Shown: one piece after another, positions 20,225 to 33,019 of the stretch
Layout of the letters: each line of letters begins with the position of its first letter
How positions within the stretch are numbered: the first letter of the stretch is position 1
Made by a program: the position numbers and the translations under genes
Notes under the pieces: model-generated
What the model saw: the letters and a program-made list of their open reading frames with translations, nothing else
What the model was told of the DNA's origin: nothing
The model's database searches: none
Source: Podarcis bocagei
Lineage: Eukaryota
Strand: one strand, 5' to 3'
NCBI GenBank assembly: GCA_964188305.1
Contig: OZ076893.1
Length of the DNA: 64,000 bases

Positions 20225-22528
20225 AGCACCTGTACTACTGTATTGACTGCTTTGTCTCACTCTGGTATAACTTTGTCAAAAGCTGGTAGGAACCATTTTG
20301 AGAGGTGAGATTCATACGCTGGGTGCTAAAGCAAGCGAATAGATTTGTGGTGGTCATAAATGAAGCCAATCAATAATGAGCAATCGCTGGAAGGAATTGG
20401 TGGGGCTGGCAGAGGAAGAATAGATGAAGACCTACAGGACAATAATCAATAAGAGTATCTTCATTGCTGGGCCCAAGTAAATAGGGAAACATGATGGGTC
20501 TTTTTAAAGAGCTGGTTGATTCTAACATGCATTTTGGTATTAAGAAGAATAATTTTATAATATCGGTCAGATCCAATTCTTTATTTCTGTCGCTTGAATA
20601 TTTTAAAACTTTTTGGAGCTTCTGCACTACCACCCCACTTTTGTTTCTGGAACACCAGAGGGCACCCTTGTGCCACTTTCAAACAAACGATATTACAGTA
20701 AATGCAACATCAGGTATTGGCAAAATATTAAAATGAGAACTTGAAAGGGAGCTTCAGTAATAAGCTGGTTTCTTCTAACAGAAGTCTGTTAGGAGAACAG
20801 CATGATATTTTTTAAGTGCCAGAAATACGCCAGACTTCCATTACCTTGTTCTGCAGAGTCTACACACCTTTCTTTTCTACCTTGAGCTATAATAGAAGAT
20901 TGCAGGTCAAGTGCTACAGTGAACCCACTGTATCCAGTTGTGTTCCTCCACTCGCTGAATGCTGTTTGATCCTGCAGAGCCTTCACCGGAACAGAGACCA
21001 AAGCTATACAGCAATTTCCTCTGTGAGGCCCCAAATTTGCTCATAGGGTGTGGAACACTTTGGAATAATGTGGGCCATGTCACAGCAGTTGCAGGAGGGA
21101 GGGAGGGAGGACCACCCAAGATCACCTCCATCCCTTTTCCACTGACAGAAGGCTCCACTGGATCAAATAACTTTCCAGCAGCTTCTGGGGTGCCAGCTGG
21201 ATGCAGCTTGAGGTCAACATGCAGCCTAGCTGAAAACTGTTCTTTTGAAAATAATGCAGCCTGTCAGTGCTGTTCAGATTGTGCTGCAAAATGCCAGGAC
21301 CCAGCTTCCAGAAAGTTCAACCTGTTGCCAGAACTGCTGCTTACATAATCTGATGGATACAGAACACAACCTACAGTTACTCTTCTTTATTTTAGAGAAC
21401 ACAATCCATTAAAACAACAGCGTATCACTAAACAACAGTTGATAGCAGCATCAACCGAGTCTCTTCCAAACACCTAACACCTGTCTTTACATGTTTATTT
21501 TTATTTTTTCAAAAAAGATTGTTATAAAAACAAACAGCAACAAGAACATTTACTAGGGAGTATGTGAGAGGGATACAGGAAACAGGAGAATCAGGAAAAT
21601 ATTAAGTATGTTGAAAATCACTTCAAAAATACAATTAAACGCAGTTCTTACAATTATTGGAAGGGGTCCTTTAAGAGGATCTGACCAGTTTCTTTAATAT
21701 AACGTCTGAAGAAGCAGTGTTGATTGACTATTATTTCATTACCATCTCTCAGCAAGCCTGGAGGTAGTGGGTATGACATATTTCATGGAGTCAAATGCTA
21801 CCTGATTCACATCTGCCACAAATTGTGTTTTGTGGAGCCTGACTATGTTCTTGTATATTTGTGGAAACAATAAAATCACACCATGTGTCTATACATGCAT
21901 CTCACCTACGTTGTCTATACAGTACGTCTTAGTTTATGGGCAAGTTTTTCCAATAATGCTATAAGCTGCACTTGGTGCCATGCCACTTGATAAATCTTTC
22001 CACGCCCTAGCTATGATTATCCTGGCTGCACTGAGCAAATGGCTTATCCGGTCCTTATTCATTACATGCAAGTTTTGGTCTCAACAAATTTAGAAGGGCT
22101 AACGAAGGTGTCATTTGAACGTCTTGTTTAGCATCTACAGTTACCTTAAAGCTATTAATTTACTCAAAACACAAAGTATCTGCTGCAATACATTCAAAAA
22201 CATTTTGCATGTTATAGATATAAGAGGCTTCTGTAATGATTGTGATTTTTTTTTTTTTTTTGTATTAACAGCGTTGTTAGACCTACACAGCATGTGAATT
22301 GATTGCATTGCTAGCACTAACAGACTCTTGAAAATGCTAAAAGCAACCTTTGAACTGGCACAGAATACATCCTTAGGAGTAAATTGTTGCAAAGAAAAAA
22401 TAGATTTTGCTCATGCAAGCTGATAATGACCCAATTAAGCAAAGCAAGAAGGTTGAAGTGTGACTTGCCTGGTGCTCTTGGAGGGATTGGATTATGATAG
22501 ACAAATCTCCCCCAGCGGAAGTGAAAGA

Positions 22529-22678
22529 CTGTATTTTCCCATGTATAACACGACCCCTATTTTTGGGGACTCAAATTTATGAAGATGGGGGGAAGATGAT
22601 CCCTGTGTATAAGATGACCCCCGTTTTTTAACATTATTTTAGAGTAAAAGAAAACAGTCTTATACACAGAAAAGTACG
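22529..22678. mobile_element. Degenerate Tc1/mariner-type MITE
   Basis: Imperfect TIRs CTGTATTTTCCCATGTATAA / TTATACACAGAAAAGTACG; internal repeat of TGTATAA..GACCCC. Confidence 0.55.
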
Positions 22679-23562
22679 TAATTCAAACAAGATGTAGAGT
22701 ACAACCCCACCCCATCCCCAATACAAACCACACCTGGGGGGTGGAAATGTGCAGAGACTATAAAAGTATCTTTCATTTCCCAATGGGCACCACATACAAC
22801 TTAAAAGAGGTTTTCACTGCTTAAGCATCTCCCCTATTGGTTGAAATATGTTGATGGTAGTTAAACATGTTTCCTGCATTATTGTGCTTTTTCAGGCAGG
22901 TGACCTGACATTTCTTTGTTGCCAGCACAAAGGTTCAGGAAGCATGCTTTTCTACCATCCATGTTGGTCAGCTTAAAATGCATTGAAAAAAATGTCTATA
23001 AATACTAAATCTGAAATACCATGTAGTAGTCTCTTTGCTGTAATTTGATTTTTTTGAGAGTCTACATTGGGCCTCAGGATTTGGGGATGTGCAGGGTCCA
23101 CTTCAAGGGACATGACTTCAAAATTGCCTATGGTCTTGGACCAGTTAATTATTTTTCTGCTTGTTGTAGCAATAGCTGTGCTAGGTGGTGTATGATTTTT
23201 TTAATTGAAAATAGGTTGAACTTCTGGATTCTAGCCTTCCAGTAACTTATCTGCTAATCCTCTCTGCTTCTTTCGAATGCCTCCTCCCTCTGTCACTTTC
23301 GGACTGTCCCACTCACTCTCCAGGTGAGCTGTCAAGATCTAAGAACGTTGAATGTTTTTCACAGACATGGACCACCAGAATGAGGTTTGCAAACCACTGG
23401 TGGTATACGGTCCACAGTTTGGGAACCCCTGGGTTGGACAACAAAAATTTGCTGGGATAACTCCCATTGAAGACTGAGAAGTCTCCTTAAAGCAGAGACC
23501 ATCTTGCTGGCAGTTACTCTCATCTGTTCCTATGTTTTGTAAGTGATTAAATAGACATATGG

Positions 23563-23566
<4 letters not shown>

Positions 23567-23617
<51 letters not shown>
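23567..23617. repeat. (TA)n microsatellite, about 25 units
   Basis: Direct reading. Confidence 0.98.
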
Positions 23618-23619
<2 letters not shown>

Positions 23620-25871
23620 AAGGCTTCTCACATAGAAGGAAGCAAGTTTGCCTCTCATGCTCCTGTGCTTCGTTTCCATTTTTTAACAAATCCCAATCTC
23701 TTCCACACCACATGCCTCTCAACAAACAACACCTATCACTTTCACAGAGGTTACTGTTTAGAATTTTTGCCTGTTGCTAAGCAACACTTTCTTCCACACA
23801 GACCGGTTTCCATGTGCTAATAGATGTGAATGCTCTCTTATCAAATAATGAAGTCTCCTCAGAGTCTGCAGTGCCTAACCTGGCTATACTGTTCTGAACT
23901 GAAGTAGCAGGCTTATTTTTTTTTACCAGCTGCAGGCAGTTTCTGTTTTTGATATTTATTTTAAAAATTTATATGCCCACCTTCTTGCTAGTACCTCAAA
24001 GCCACTACTAACAGCAATGGTAAAACACACAAAATAATAGAATAATAAAAAACCAAAAGCAGCAAATAAAATCAGCTGACTATGAAAAACACACACCTTA
24101 TTTCCAGTTCAAAGGGGGGGGGGGAGCTAGATAATGTATGTGCCATTAATATGCCACCTTTCAAATTACAACAGTTCTAGGGACTTCACTGCAATGGATG
24201 AATCATTCATTTTGGCCTGTGTAAAATGTGACTGCCGTAACTTGGGAATGCAGGAACCTGTGGCCCTTTAGATGATTATGCTACTTATTACCAAGAAAAA
24301 ATATATTAATTGCCTTCTAAACAATTGACTCAAAAGTGATTTACACATTAGGTAATTAAAGAGTTAAATACATAAAAACAACAAATACATAAAAATAACA
24401 AATACATTTGAAATGAAGACTAAAACCCTAACAAGGGGGTAATCGTGGTAATGACCCATTTATCCAACTGGGAAAGCCCATCGGAGCAAAAATGTCTTCA
24501 ACTTTCCAGAAAATGGCGATAGCGGGCACCTATGGTATCTCGACAGAAATGCTGTTCCCCAGAACAGGAGGCAACTGTACTAAAAGCCCTGCTCTGAAAC
24601 TTGCAGGAGAAACTCCTACAGAACGCAGCAGTCTGCTGGGTGTGCAAGGGATAAGGCGGTCGCCCAATATTGCTAACTACAACACCCATTATCTTCTTGG
24701 CTATTCTAGCTGAAGATGAGAGGAACTGGAGTCCAACAACATATGGAGGATCATAGGTTCCTCACCTTTGGTGTATAATATAGGATTATCACGGGGGGTG
24801 GGTTAGGATTAATTAAAGTGGTTGTAAAAATCCCCATCTATTCAAAATATTGCCACATGCTGCCATGGATAATTAAGCATTTTCCCTTTCTTCTAGTTAC
24901 ACTGGTTCTCTTCCTCTGAAAATTTCCAGTTAACACCCAAACAGATGCATAAAGCTGTTTCACTTAATTACTTTTCCGTACTGGAAAGGATGATAAAGGT
25001 ACTTGTCAAGTATGCAGGATGTTGCAGAATAACATTTGCTCTCCATACGATAGTATACCACACTCACCACAGTAAAATCTCTGCATGCGTTCAGGTGAGA
25101 GAGTTTCCAGTTAATGTGCTTTACATTAGTTATGCTATACAAACTCAAGGCAGAAGGAAGCTCAGTTAAATTATTCTGCCCTCACAGCTTATAAAGCATT
25201 TTTGGGTTGGAGCCGAGCTTTTCTATTCACAAAGCAGAGCAAGGTTCAATTGTCCCTCTGTATCAGAGAAAACTTGTCTGCATTGGCATTGTTCCTGAAA
25301 TTTTCCTGCCTCACCTAAAAATAAATTATATCACTGGCTTTACAAAGCTCTTCCTGCTTGTATCCCACACTTTGCTCAGCCTTTTAAATGCCTACCTGGT
25401 ACTTTGCCAAGCGCTGGCATATTCCTCCTCAAGAAAACTTACATTTAAACAACCTCTCAAAGCAGTTTGCAAAAAAAACCACACCACCCCCACACCAATA
25501 ACACAATAAAAAATATCAGTAAAAAACGTTAAACAGCTATGTGAAACACTACTTTTTTCTTAAATGAACAATAAGCTAAAAAATAAGGTTGAAGCACATG
25601 TCAACATTCTATACATCTGGGAAGGCTTCTCTAAATCAAATAGGTTTTAGCCCGCATTGAAAAGGGTGCAGTGAAGGTGCCTGCCTGGTGTCAAAAGGCA
25701 GGGAGTTCCAAAGGGTAGGTGCTGCCACACTGAAAGACTGATTTCTTACAAATGCAGAATCAGTATTATGTGGCAACAGATCAAAGCAGAAAAATGGCCA
25801 TATATGGGGTAAGGTAATCTCACAAATAAACTCTCTTTTGAACTATGACCTCTCCCTAAAGAGCAATAAAG

Positions 25872-27287
25872 CAGTGTTTCCCAACCTTTTTTGGGCAAAG
25901 GCACACTTGTTTCATGAAAAAAATCTCGAGGCACACCACCATTACAGCCCCGTGACGTCAGCGCGCAGCGTCACGCCGGGAGGGACATGAATTGCTAGCA
26001 AATTACATAATCACCTCCTTGAGGGCTGGCTCATCTTCTCTGAAGGCAGAACCCCATTAATTAACAGCACAGACTCACACCATAGCCAAGACGAGGGGGG
26101 AAAACCTCAGTCATGCACAGTCATGCACATGTGGGGGCTAAATGAGGACGAAGACCGGGCAGAGAGCAGGGTTCAAATCACCCCACCTGGCCAGGACAAT
26201 CCCTGGGTGCTCCCTTGGGCCACTCGCCTGACCCACTTCGCAGGGCTGTTGTTGCGAGGATAACACGGGGAGAACCACGCGCGCCCCCGGGAGCTCCTTG
26301 GCGGAGAAAGCGGGCGATGAATGCAATGCACGAAATATATGAGACGGGACCAGGTTTTGCAGGTGGGGGGCCCCCGCCAGCCTCCACTTCCAACACCCGG
26401 CGCAACGACGCCGAAGTTTCCCCCGGGGCTCGGCTCGGGGAGCAGCGCTGCTCCCCCCCGGCTCCCCTTCGCCCTCCCGGCTCTCTCTGCCGCCCACTGG
26501 GGACCCCCCTCACCTGCCAAGTCCGGAGCGCCGGTGGAAGTTGCATGCATGCATGCAGGGCGCCGCGTTGCCATTGCATTGCACTGCACTCCATGCAACG
26601 CCTGCACGCAAGCATTGCCTTGCACGCCCGCCAAGGGGTCTCCCCGCGGTCCGATGCGTCCCCTCCGGCGCGGATGCAGCATTGCAAAAATAAAAACCCC
26701 CCGACGCAGCCCTACCTGGGGGGCAGCCTCCGCCGCTCTGCCTCCGCGGGGATCCCCGGGCTCCATCCTGCCGCCCGATCTCCGCGGGGGCGCAGGCAGG
26801 CTGTGCGGGGTCTGCGCGGAAGAGCCCCTGCCCGCCCGGCCACCGCCGCTGCGCTCATTCCATGGCCGGGAGAAGAGTGCTTCAAACAAAACGCCCGGCC
26901 CGCCAGGCCACGCTGGGAAACGTAGTTTGCGCACCCCGCGCGAGCGCGGAGCCCAAGGGCGAGGGGACTACGGATCCCGGCAGCCCCCGCGCCGGGGACG
27001 GAGGGGGAGAGGCCAGGTGCAGGGATGGAGGGACGGGTGGGCGAGCGAGTGAGTGAGTGGCAGCTGCCAAGCCTTGGCCGAGAGCCAGGAAGGGCCTCCC
27101 CGGAGGAGGAGGAGGGAGGCGCAGAGCGGGAGGGAGGGAACCCCAGGGGTCATCTAGTGACGGCGCCCCAATCGAAAATGTGACTTTAAAAAAAAAATCT
27201 TTCGAATTTTTTAATTTTTCCCGCGGCACACCAGGCAACATCTCGCGGCACACTAGTGTGCCGCGGAACAGTGGTTGGGAAACACTG
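25872..27287. mobile_element. Non-autonomous hAT element (1416 bp) with GC-rich captured cargo
   Basis: Perfect 15-bp TIRs CAGTGTTTCCCAACC / GGTTGGGAAACACTG; perfect 8-bp TSD CAATAAAG (25864-25871 and 27288-27295); subterminal GGCACAC repeats and palindrome CGCGGCACACTAGTGTGCCGCG; no transposase ORF. Confidence 0.95.
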
Positions 27288-27339
27288 CAATAAAGGACTG
27301 TTCTTGATGCCTCCTCAGCTACTCTGGTAAAGCCTCAAA

Positions 27340-27705
27340 GTTGTTGTTTAGTCATTTGGCGTGTCCGACTCTTCGTGACCCCATGGACCAGACACGCCAG
27401 GCACTCCCGTCTTCCACTGCCTCCCGCAGTTTGGTCAAACTCATGTTCGTAGCTTCGAGAACACTGTCCAGCCATCTCGTCCTCTGTCGTCCCCTTCTCC
27501 TTGTGCCCTCCATCTTTCCCAACATCAGGGTCTTTTCCAGGGAGTCTTCTCTTCTCATGAGGTGGCCAAAGTATTGGAGCCTCAGCTTCAGGATCTGTCC
27601 TTCCAGTGAGCACTCAGGGCTGATTTCCTTAAGAATGGATAGGTTTGATCTTCTTGCAGTCCATGGGACTCTCAAGAGTCTCCTCCAGCACCATAATTCA
27701 AAAGC
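27340..27705 (-). mobile_element. 5'-truncated BovB (RTE clade) LINE, 3' end
   Basis: Encodes RVPWTARRSNLSILKEISPECSLEGQILKLRLQYFGHLMRREDSLEKTLMLGK..RRRGRQRTRWLD; (CAA)n tail. Confidence 0.93.
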
Positions 27706-28606
27706 TTTCCTCTCTTTTTGCTACCTGTGTTTAGTGCTGCACCCTTTTCTTCTTCATCCCCTAGTTCCTCCTCTCTTGGCCAGGACTGCAAGATCCAAAC
27801 CCACATTCCAGATGAATGGCTTGTGTTGCCTCTCGGTGAGGTTAAAAAGTCCACCCCACTTCTTCCTCCCCTTGACATGCTGACAGTATTTTATTACAGG
27901 AAATAAAATTATAATCATTATCCTACACTGAATTAAGGAGTAATGCTATATCATGTTATGGGGGAAAGGAAAGAACGGATTACTGTGTCATGTTTTGATA
28001 CGGATGCAAAAACCTACTCAGTGACGCTCTGATGAGTCAGTTCAGTGGGTGGGAGATGATTTTATGTAATAACAGTATCGTTCATTTTCTCTGCTCGCAC
28101 TGTTACCCGGCAGCACACTTCCACTGCTCAGCAACCAGTGAGTCAGGGATGTGTACACAACGGAAATGGGTTATATCTCAAAACGTTGACATATGTAATC
28201 CAAATCTGAAGCTGGAGTAACCTTTGTATCTGAGGATTTCGAACTTCTTTCTGAACAGCTGATCACACGAGAGAGATTTTTAAAAGGCAAACGAGAATAT
28301 GTTTGTTCATGGTTCTCTTCCCATTTTTTTCTAAGAAGATCAAAATGCAAAAGCAACATCAAGTGAGATTTTCAGCAGAACATTGCCGAATGGAGTTTTG
28401 TTCAGGATTCTGGACACCCCATTCCATTCTGCCCCTCCACTACCACTTCCCCGGTCCTTCAGTCCTGCCCCCCCCCCTCCTAGCAGTCAGTCAGCATTCC
28501 ATAGTCACTGGACATGCTCAGTCCTGGGCTGTTCTCTGAAGCCCCACTTTCCTCCTCAGTCCCCCCCCCCCTGCAGTCCTGCAAACCTTGCAGTTCCTCT
28601 CTAAGC

Positions 28607-28906
28607 CATGGGTAGGCAAGCTAAGGCCTGGGGGCCAGATCTGGCCCAATCGCCTTTTAAATCCAGTCCGCGGACGGTCCAGGAATCAGTGTGTTTTTAC
28701 ATGAGTAGAATGTGTCCTTTTATTTAAAATGCACCTCTGGGTTATTTGTGGGGCCTGCCTGGTGTTTTTACATGAGTAGAATGTGTGCTTTTATTTAAAA
28801 TACATCTCTGGATTATTTGTGGGGCATGGAATTTGTTATTTTATTTTATTTTCCAAAACATAGTCTGGCCCCCCACAAGGTCTGAGGGACAGTGGACCGA
28901 CCCCTG
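28607..28906. mobile_element. hAT MITE with internal 71-bp tandem duplication
   Basis: Termini CATGGGT / ACCCCTG; TSD ctctaagc / ctctaagt; GGCCC subterminal motifs; repeat units start at 28691 and 28762. Confidence 0.75.
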
Positions 28907-29153
28907 CTCTAAGTCTTCTGATACCCTCTCTCCCCCCGCTCTCTCTCTCTGTTTTTGTGTGTAGCACCATTCTAGCTACATTGCCACTAAACTAAACATC
29001 AGCATTTGGGTCTCTGAGACAAAACCTTGTACTGTACTGCAGAATGCTTATTTTCAGAATTCTAGACATTTTGTTCCTCTTCCTCTCCACATCTCTGTTT
29101 TCCCCTCACAACAGCCAGTCATCACCCTGTGCTCACTAAATATACTCAATCAT

Positions 29154-29320
29154 CACAGAATCAGATAATTGTTGGAAGGAACCCCAAAAATCATCTCGTC
29201 CAACCCCCCTGCAATGCAGGAATCACTAAAGAATCACTGGTGGAGAACCATCCATCCTCTGTTTAAAAACCTCCAATAAAGGAGAGTCCATCAGCTTCTG
29301 AAACAGCCCATTCCACTCAC
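29154..29320 (-). mobile_element. CR1 LINE 3' fragment
   Basis: CAGAATCAGA tail-like repeat then GTTGGAAGGGACC..ATCTCGTCCAACCCCCTGC, typical CR1 3' end in reverse. Confidence 0.65.
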
Positions 29321-29807
29321 AAGCTGCTCTCATTTGCTTGCTTGGGGAAGGGTTGGCTGGCGAGGAAGTCGGAGCATTCCTGCCCAGTCCCAACTACATT
29401 AAAATATTTTTATATCTTCATTTGTGGCTAAGGGCAGCTGTCACTGCGCACGTTTAGAAATAGCTCAGTGTGAGCTAGGGAATGACCTATCCAGCAAATG
29501 AGGCTGTGTATACATTAGTGGCTTAAAACACAGCAAGGTCATTTTTACCCACGTTTTTATATTTTATATTGTATACACCAGAGAAGGGGGCAGAGATTTC
29601 TCCACTCAGTGCACACTACCTGGCTTGATTTCCTGCACCAGATTCCTATCCAGTGAAGCTGTCGTCAGCCCATCTTCCTTTTATGTGTTTTCAGACAGAT
29701 CATAAGGAAGGGTAAACAATTTTCATCTTCTTTCATTCTCCAACTTCTTCTCTCTGCCTTTCTAACCTTTACAGCTTCTATTAGTTTGACCCATCTCCCC
29801 AGAAACT

Positions 29808-30285
29808 AATAATAATAATAATAATTTATTTATATCCCGCCCTCCCCAGCCAAAGCCAGGCTCAGAGTGGTTAACAATAGTAAAAATAGCACAATTTATG
29901 TAAAATCAGTGTCAATTAATTGAAATACATTCTAAAATCAGTTCAAAATCAAATTAATGGCAACCATTGGGCTAGAGTTCTGTGAAGATTACCAAAGGGT
30001 CAGACTGTGCCTTGGCCAAAGGCCTGGTGGAACAGCTTTGTCTTGCAGGTCCTGCGGAAAGATGTCAAGTCCCACAGGGCCCTAGTCTCTTGTGACAGAG
30101 CATTCCACCAGGTCGGGGCCACGGCCAAAAAAGCCCTGGCTCTGGTTGAGGCCAGCCTAACCTCCCTGTGGCCCAGGATCTCCAAGACAATTTTATTTGA
30201 AGACCATAAGGTCCTCCGTGTGGCATACCAGGAGAGGCGGTCCTGTAGGTACAAGGGTCCTAGGCTGTATAGGGCTTTAAAGGTT
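29808..30285 (-). mobile_element. L2/CR1-group LINE 3' fragment with (TTA)n tail
   Basis: ORF remnant RAFLAVAPTWWNALSQETR..FRRTCKTKLF (L2 ORF2 C-terminus); (AAT)n on +. Confidence 0.85.
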
Positions 30286-31643
30286 AAAATCTTTAAAATT
30301 TAAGCTTCCCAGAACACGGCTACTCTTGACTCACTGCTACGTCCTTACCATTTCTTCATTTATTTTACCCTCCCTCTCCCTTCTAGGGCAAGCCTTCAAT
30401 AATCTACCTTGTAACTCTCAATAAAGCTTATTTTTTTCCTGGAAAATTTTCCAGTGTAATCTCTGTTATTCCCTCCTGGTTACTTTGTGATGGGATTCTT
30501 AAATTTATGCTATGTTCCTGTATAGTTTGAGATATATTAGTTTCTGGAACAGCTCTACGCAGCAACAGCCTGTCCTCAAGCAAAATACATCCAAGGCTAT
30601 CAGAGGGAAAATATTCTGCTGGTACTAGTAACTTGTATTCCAAAAGGGTTTAGTCCAAGAACATTGAAAAGAACTTTCAGGCGTGTGCCCTGACCAAGCA
30701 TGGCAATACACTGAAATCAATTTTTTACATTTTAACTGATTGCTACATGATTAAGTAAGCCCCATCAGTTAATTGTTCAGGCTCTCAGTCTTATCCAGCA
30801 AGCTTGCCCTTCCCTCTCCAAATACATCAGGGCGCTGCAGTTTCACAGGCATACCTCAGCCTCCTTCTCTGCTGATTAAGTGTAGTTATTATTTGGAGAG
30901 GTACTTTAAATTGCTTGCAAAGGCCTCCACTAATTAATCAATTAAAGACTGAATCCCTAATAAACAGGCACCAGAGCACCAATTGTTACGCACATATTAT
31001 ACAATGCAAATAAATTTTAGTGAACTGAAGGGCTCTCATGTAAAGGCCATTCTTCTTGAACCAGTTATCTAGGTCTTCTATTTTAGAGCTGTATTCCTCA
31101 TATTTAAAGACTGTGCTTACACAATCAAGATACTGGACACCTATAGTGGACCTACACTGGGGGGGGGGTCCCTGAAGTTTGAACTGTTATAGGGGGCCCC
31201 TTCACAACCAGCAACGAGGTTTGGGAAACCACTGTTATCTTCTCCAACTGGGCTGTTCCACAACAGATCACCACAAATTGTGTTTTTGGGTATCTGCTTA
31301 AGTACCTTTGTGAACTCATCGTTATTCCTAGGGTCTAGATCTCTGTTAAAAACGGGGGGAAATACATCAGCCACAACAGAGCAGTCAGTTTACCGCAACA
31401 TTCCACCTTTACATCTGTGCTACTGACTCTCAGTTTTTTAAAGCAATGTGGATGAAAGTCTCTTATGGGGCCTCTCTGGGAACAGGGGCTCTGAAGATTG
31501 TATCATTCATTCCATAGTAGATCCACCTCTGTCTGTGCTTCACAACTGCATATGGCTGTCCACAAATAGAACAATTTTGGAAGGAAGTTTTAAATGAGCT
31601 ATCTCAGATTACAGCTCAGTCAATCCCAATAACTCCAGCATTA

Positions 31644-32002
31644 AAAAGGTAAAGGTACCCCTGCCCGTACGGGCCAGTCTTGCCAGACTCTAGGGTTGTG
31701 CGCTCATCTCACTCTATAGGCCGGGAGCCAGCGCTGTCCGCAGACACTTCCGGGTCACGTGGCCAGCGTGACAAGCTGCATCTGGCGAGCCAGCGCAGCA
31801 CACGGAACGCCGTTTACCTTCCCGCTGTAAAGCGGTCCCTATTTATCTACTTGCACCCGGAGGTGCTTTCGAACTGCTAGGTTGGCAGGTGCTGGGACCG
31901 AACGACGGGAGCGCACCCCGCTGCGGGGATTCGAACCGCCGACCATGCGATCGACCAAGTCCTAGGCGCTGAGGTTTTACCCACAGCGCCACCCGCGTCC
32001 CT
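31644..32002 (-). mobile_element. Full-length, young Sauria SINE
   Basis: Head GGGACGCGGGTGGCGCTGTGGG, intact GGTTCGAATCC B box, TACCTTTACCTTT tail, 14-bp TSD TAACTCCAGCATTA (31630-31643 and 32003-32016), CpGs retained. Confidence 0.93.
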
Positions 32003-32039
32003 TAACTCCAGCATTAGCCTTACTTAATTTATATACTTC

Positions 32040-32410
32040 ATATATGAACCAATTAAGAAGTAAGGAATTAATAACACAGCAGCTAGAACGGTAATAGAAC
32101 TTGGAAAACCTTGCAGCTAATGAATATTGATCACTGGAATAATAGTCTGGTAAACTGCCATAATGGAAAACCTGTGGCAAAAAATTGAAGGTGGCAAGGA
32201 AGAGCGAAAACAAGATAATTGTTGCACTGTAGGGTGTGATTTTACTAAATATACAAATGAAATAACACATGGACGAGAAATACCTACAACATATATTGCA
32301 ATATGGCGCAGATAAGCCGACACTATTCATTAGTTCACTCCTAGTGGTTAGTATTTTACCCCCCTAGTGACCCATTTTTTGTTAGTCGTGTTATTTTATT
32401 ATTTATGTGT
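32040..32410 (+). mobile_element. Old L1-like ORF2 C-terminal / 3' UTR fragment
   Basis: Degraded ELIT..AAR..WK..W..AIME-like coding remnant with A-rich strand bias. Confidence 0.45.
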
Positions 32411-33019
32411 GTGCAGTTTTTTAACAACAACATCATCATCATCATCATCAAAAACAAAAAAAAACTGCTTATGTGCCAGCATCCAGAGCTCAATGAACTC
32501 CCATCCCTTTAGGGTTTGAATTCACCGCAGAGAGGGTGGGCAATTAGCCAAAATCTTGTGTACTTATAGAATCGTTCCTTTTACATTGCAATGGATTAGC
32601 ACTAACTCATGTATTTAATTAACCAATTCAGAATTAATTAGACAAGGAGACTTCCCTGGGTCTGGGAGGAGAATGTGTTCCAGCCTTAGCACCAAACTGT
32701 TCAGTATCATGCCTCCGCTTTCAACCGACGTGCCGAAGAGATGTCTTGTTAGGGGGAAAAGAAACAGCCAGTCCCGCTTCTGTATTAATATTAAAGGCAG
32801 TATCAGTTCAGGCTCTTTGCACAGCCTTCAGCCCACAGCCTGGCGAGGAGGATTCTAAATTCCCAGGAAATTTGAGGAGGAAAAGGGGATGGGAACAGAG
32901 AAAGGGGAAGACGAAGAAGAAGAAAAACCCTGAAGGGAAAGGAAAGAAGAGGACACGTAATTCTCCTGTTCTTAAGGCAACAGGAGGAGAAGAGGAAAGG
33001 GGACGTGAGATAGGAGAGA

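Noticed and set aside
23339-23780. ORFs containing YIYIYI repeats
   Set aside because: Translation of the (TA)n microsatellite
26138-27293. Several 120-250 aa ORFs in the hAT interior as a possible transposase or intact gene
   Set aside because: Low-complexity G/P/R/A translations in all frames, no BED finger or DDE motifs; explained by GC content
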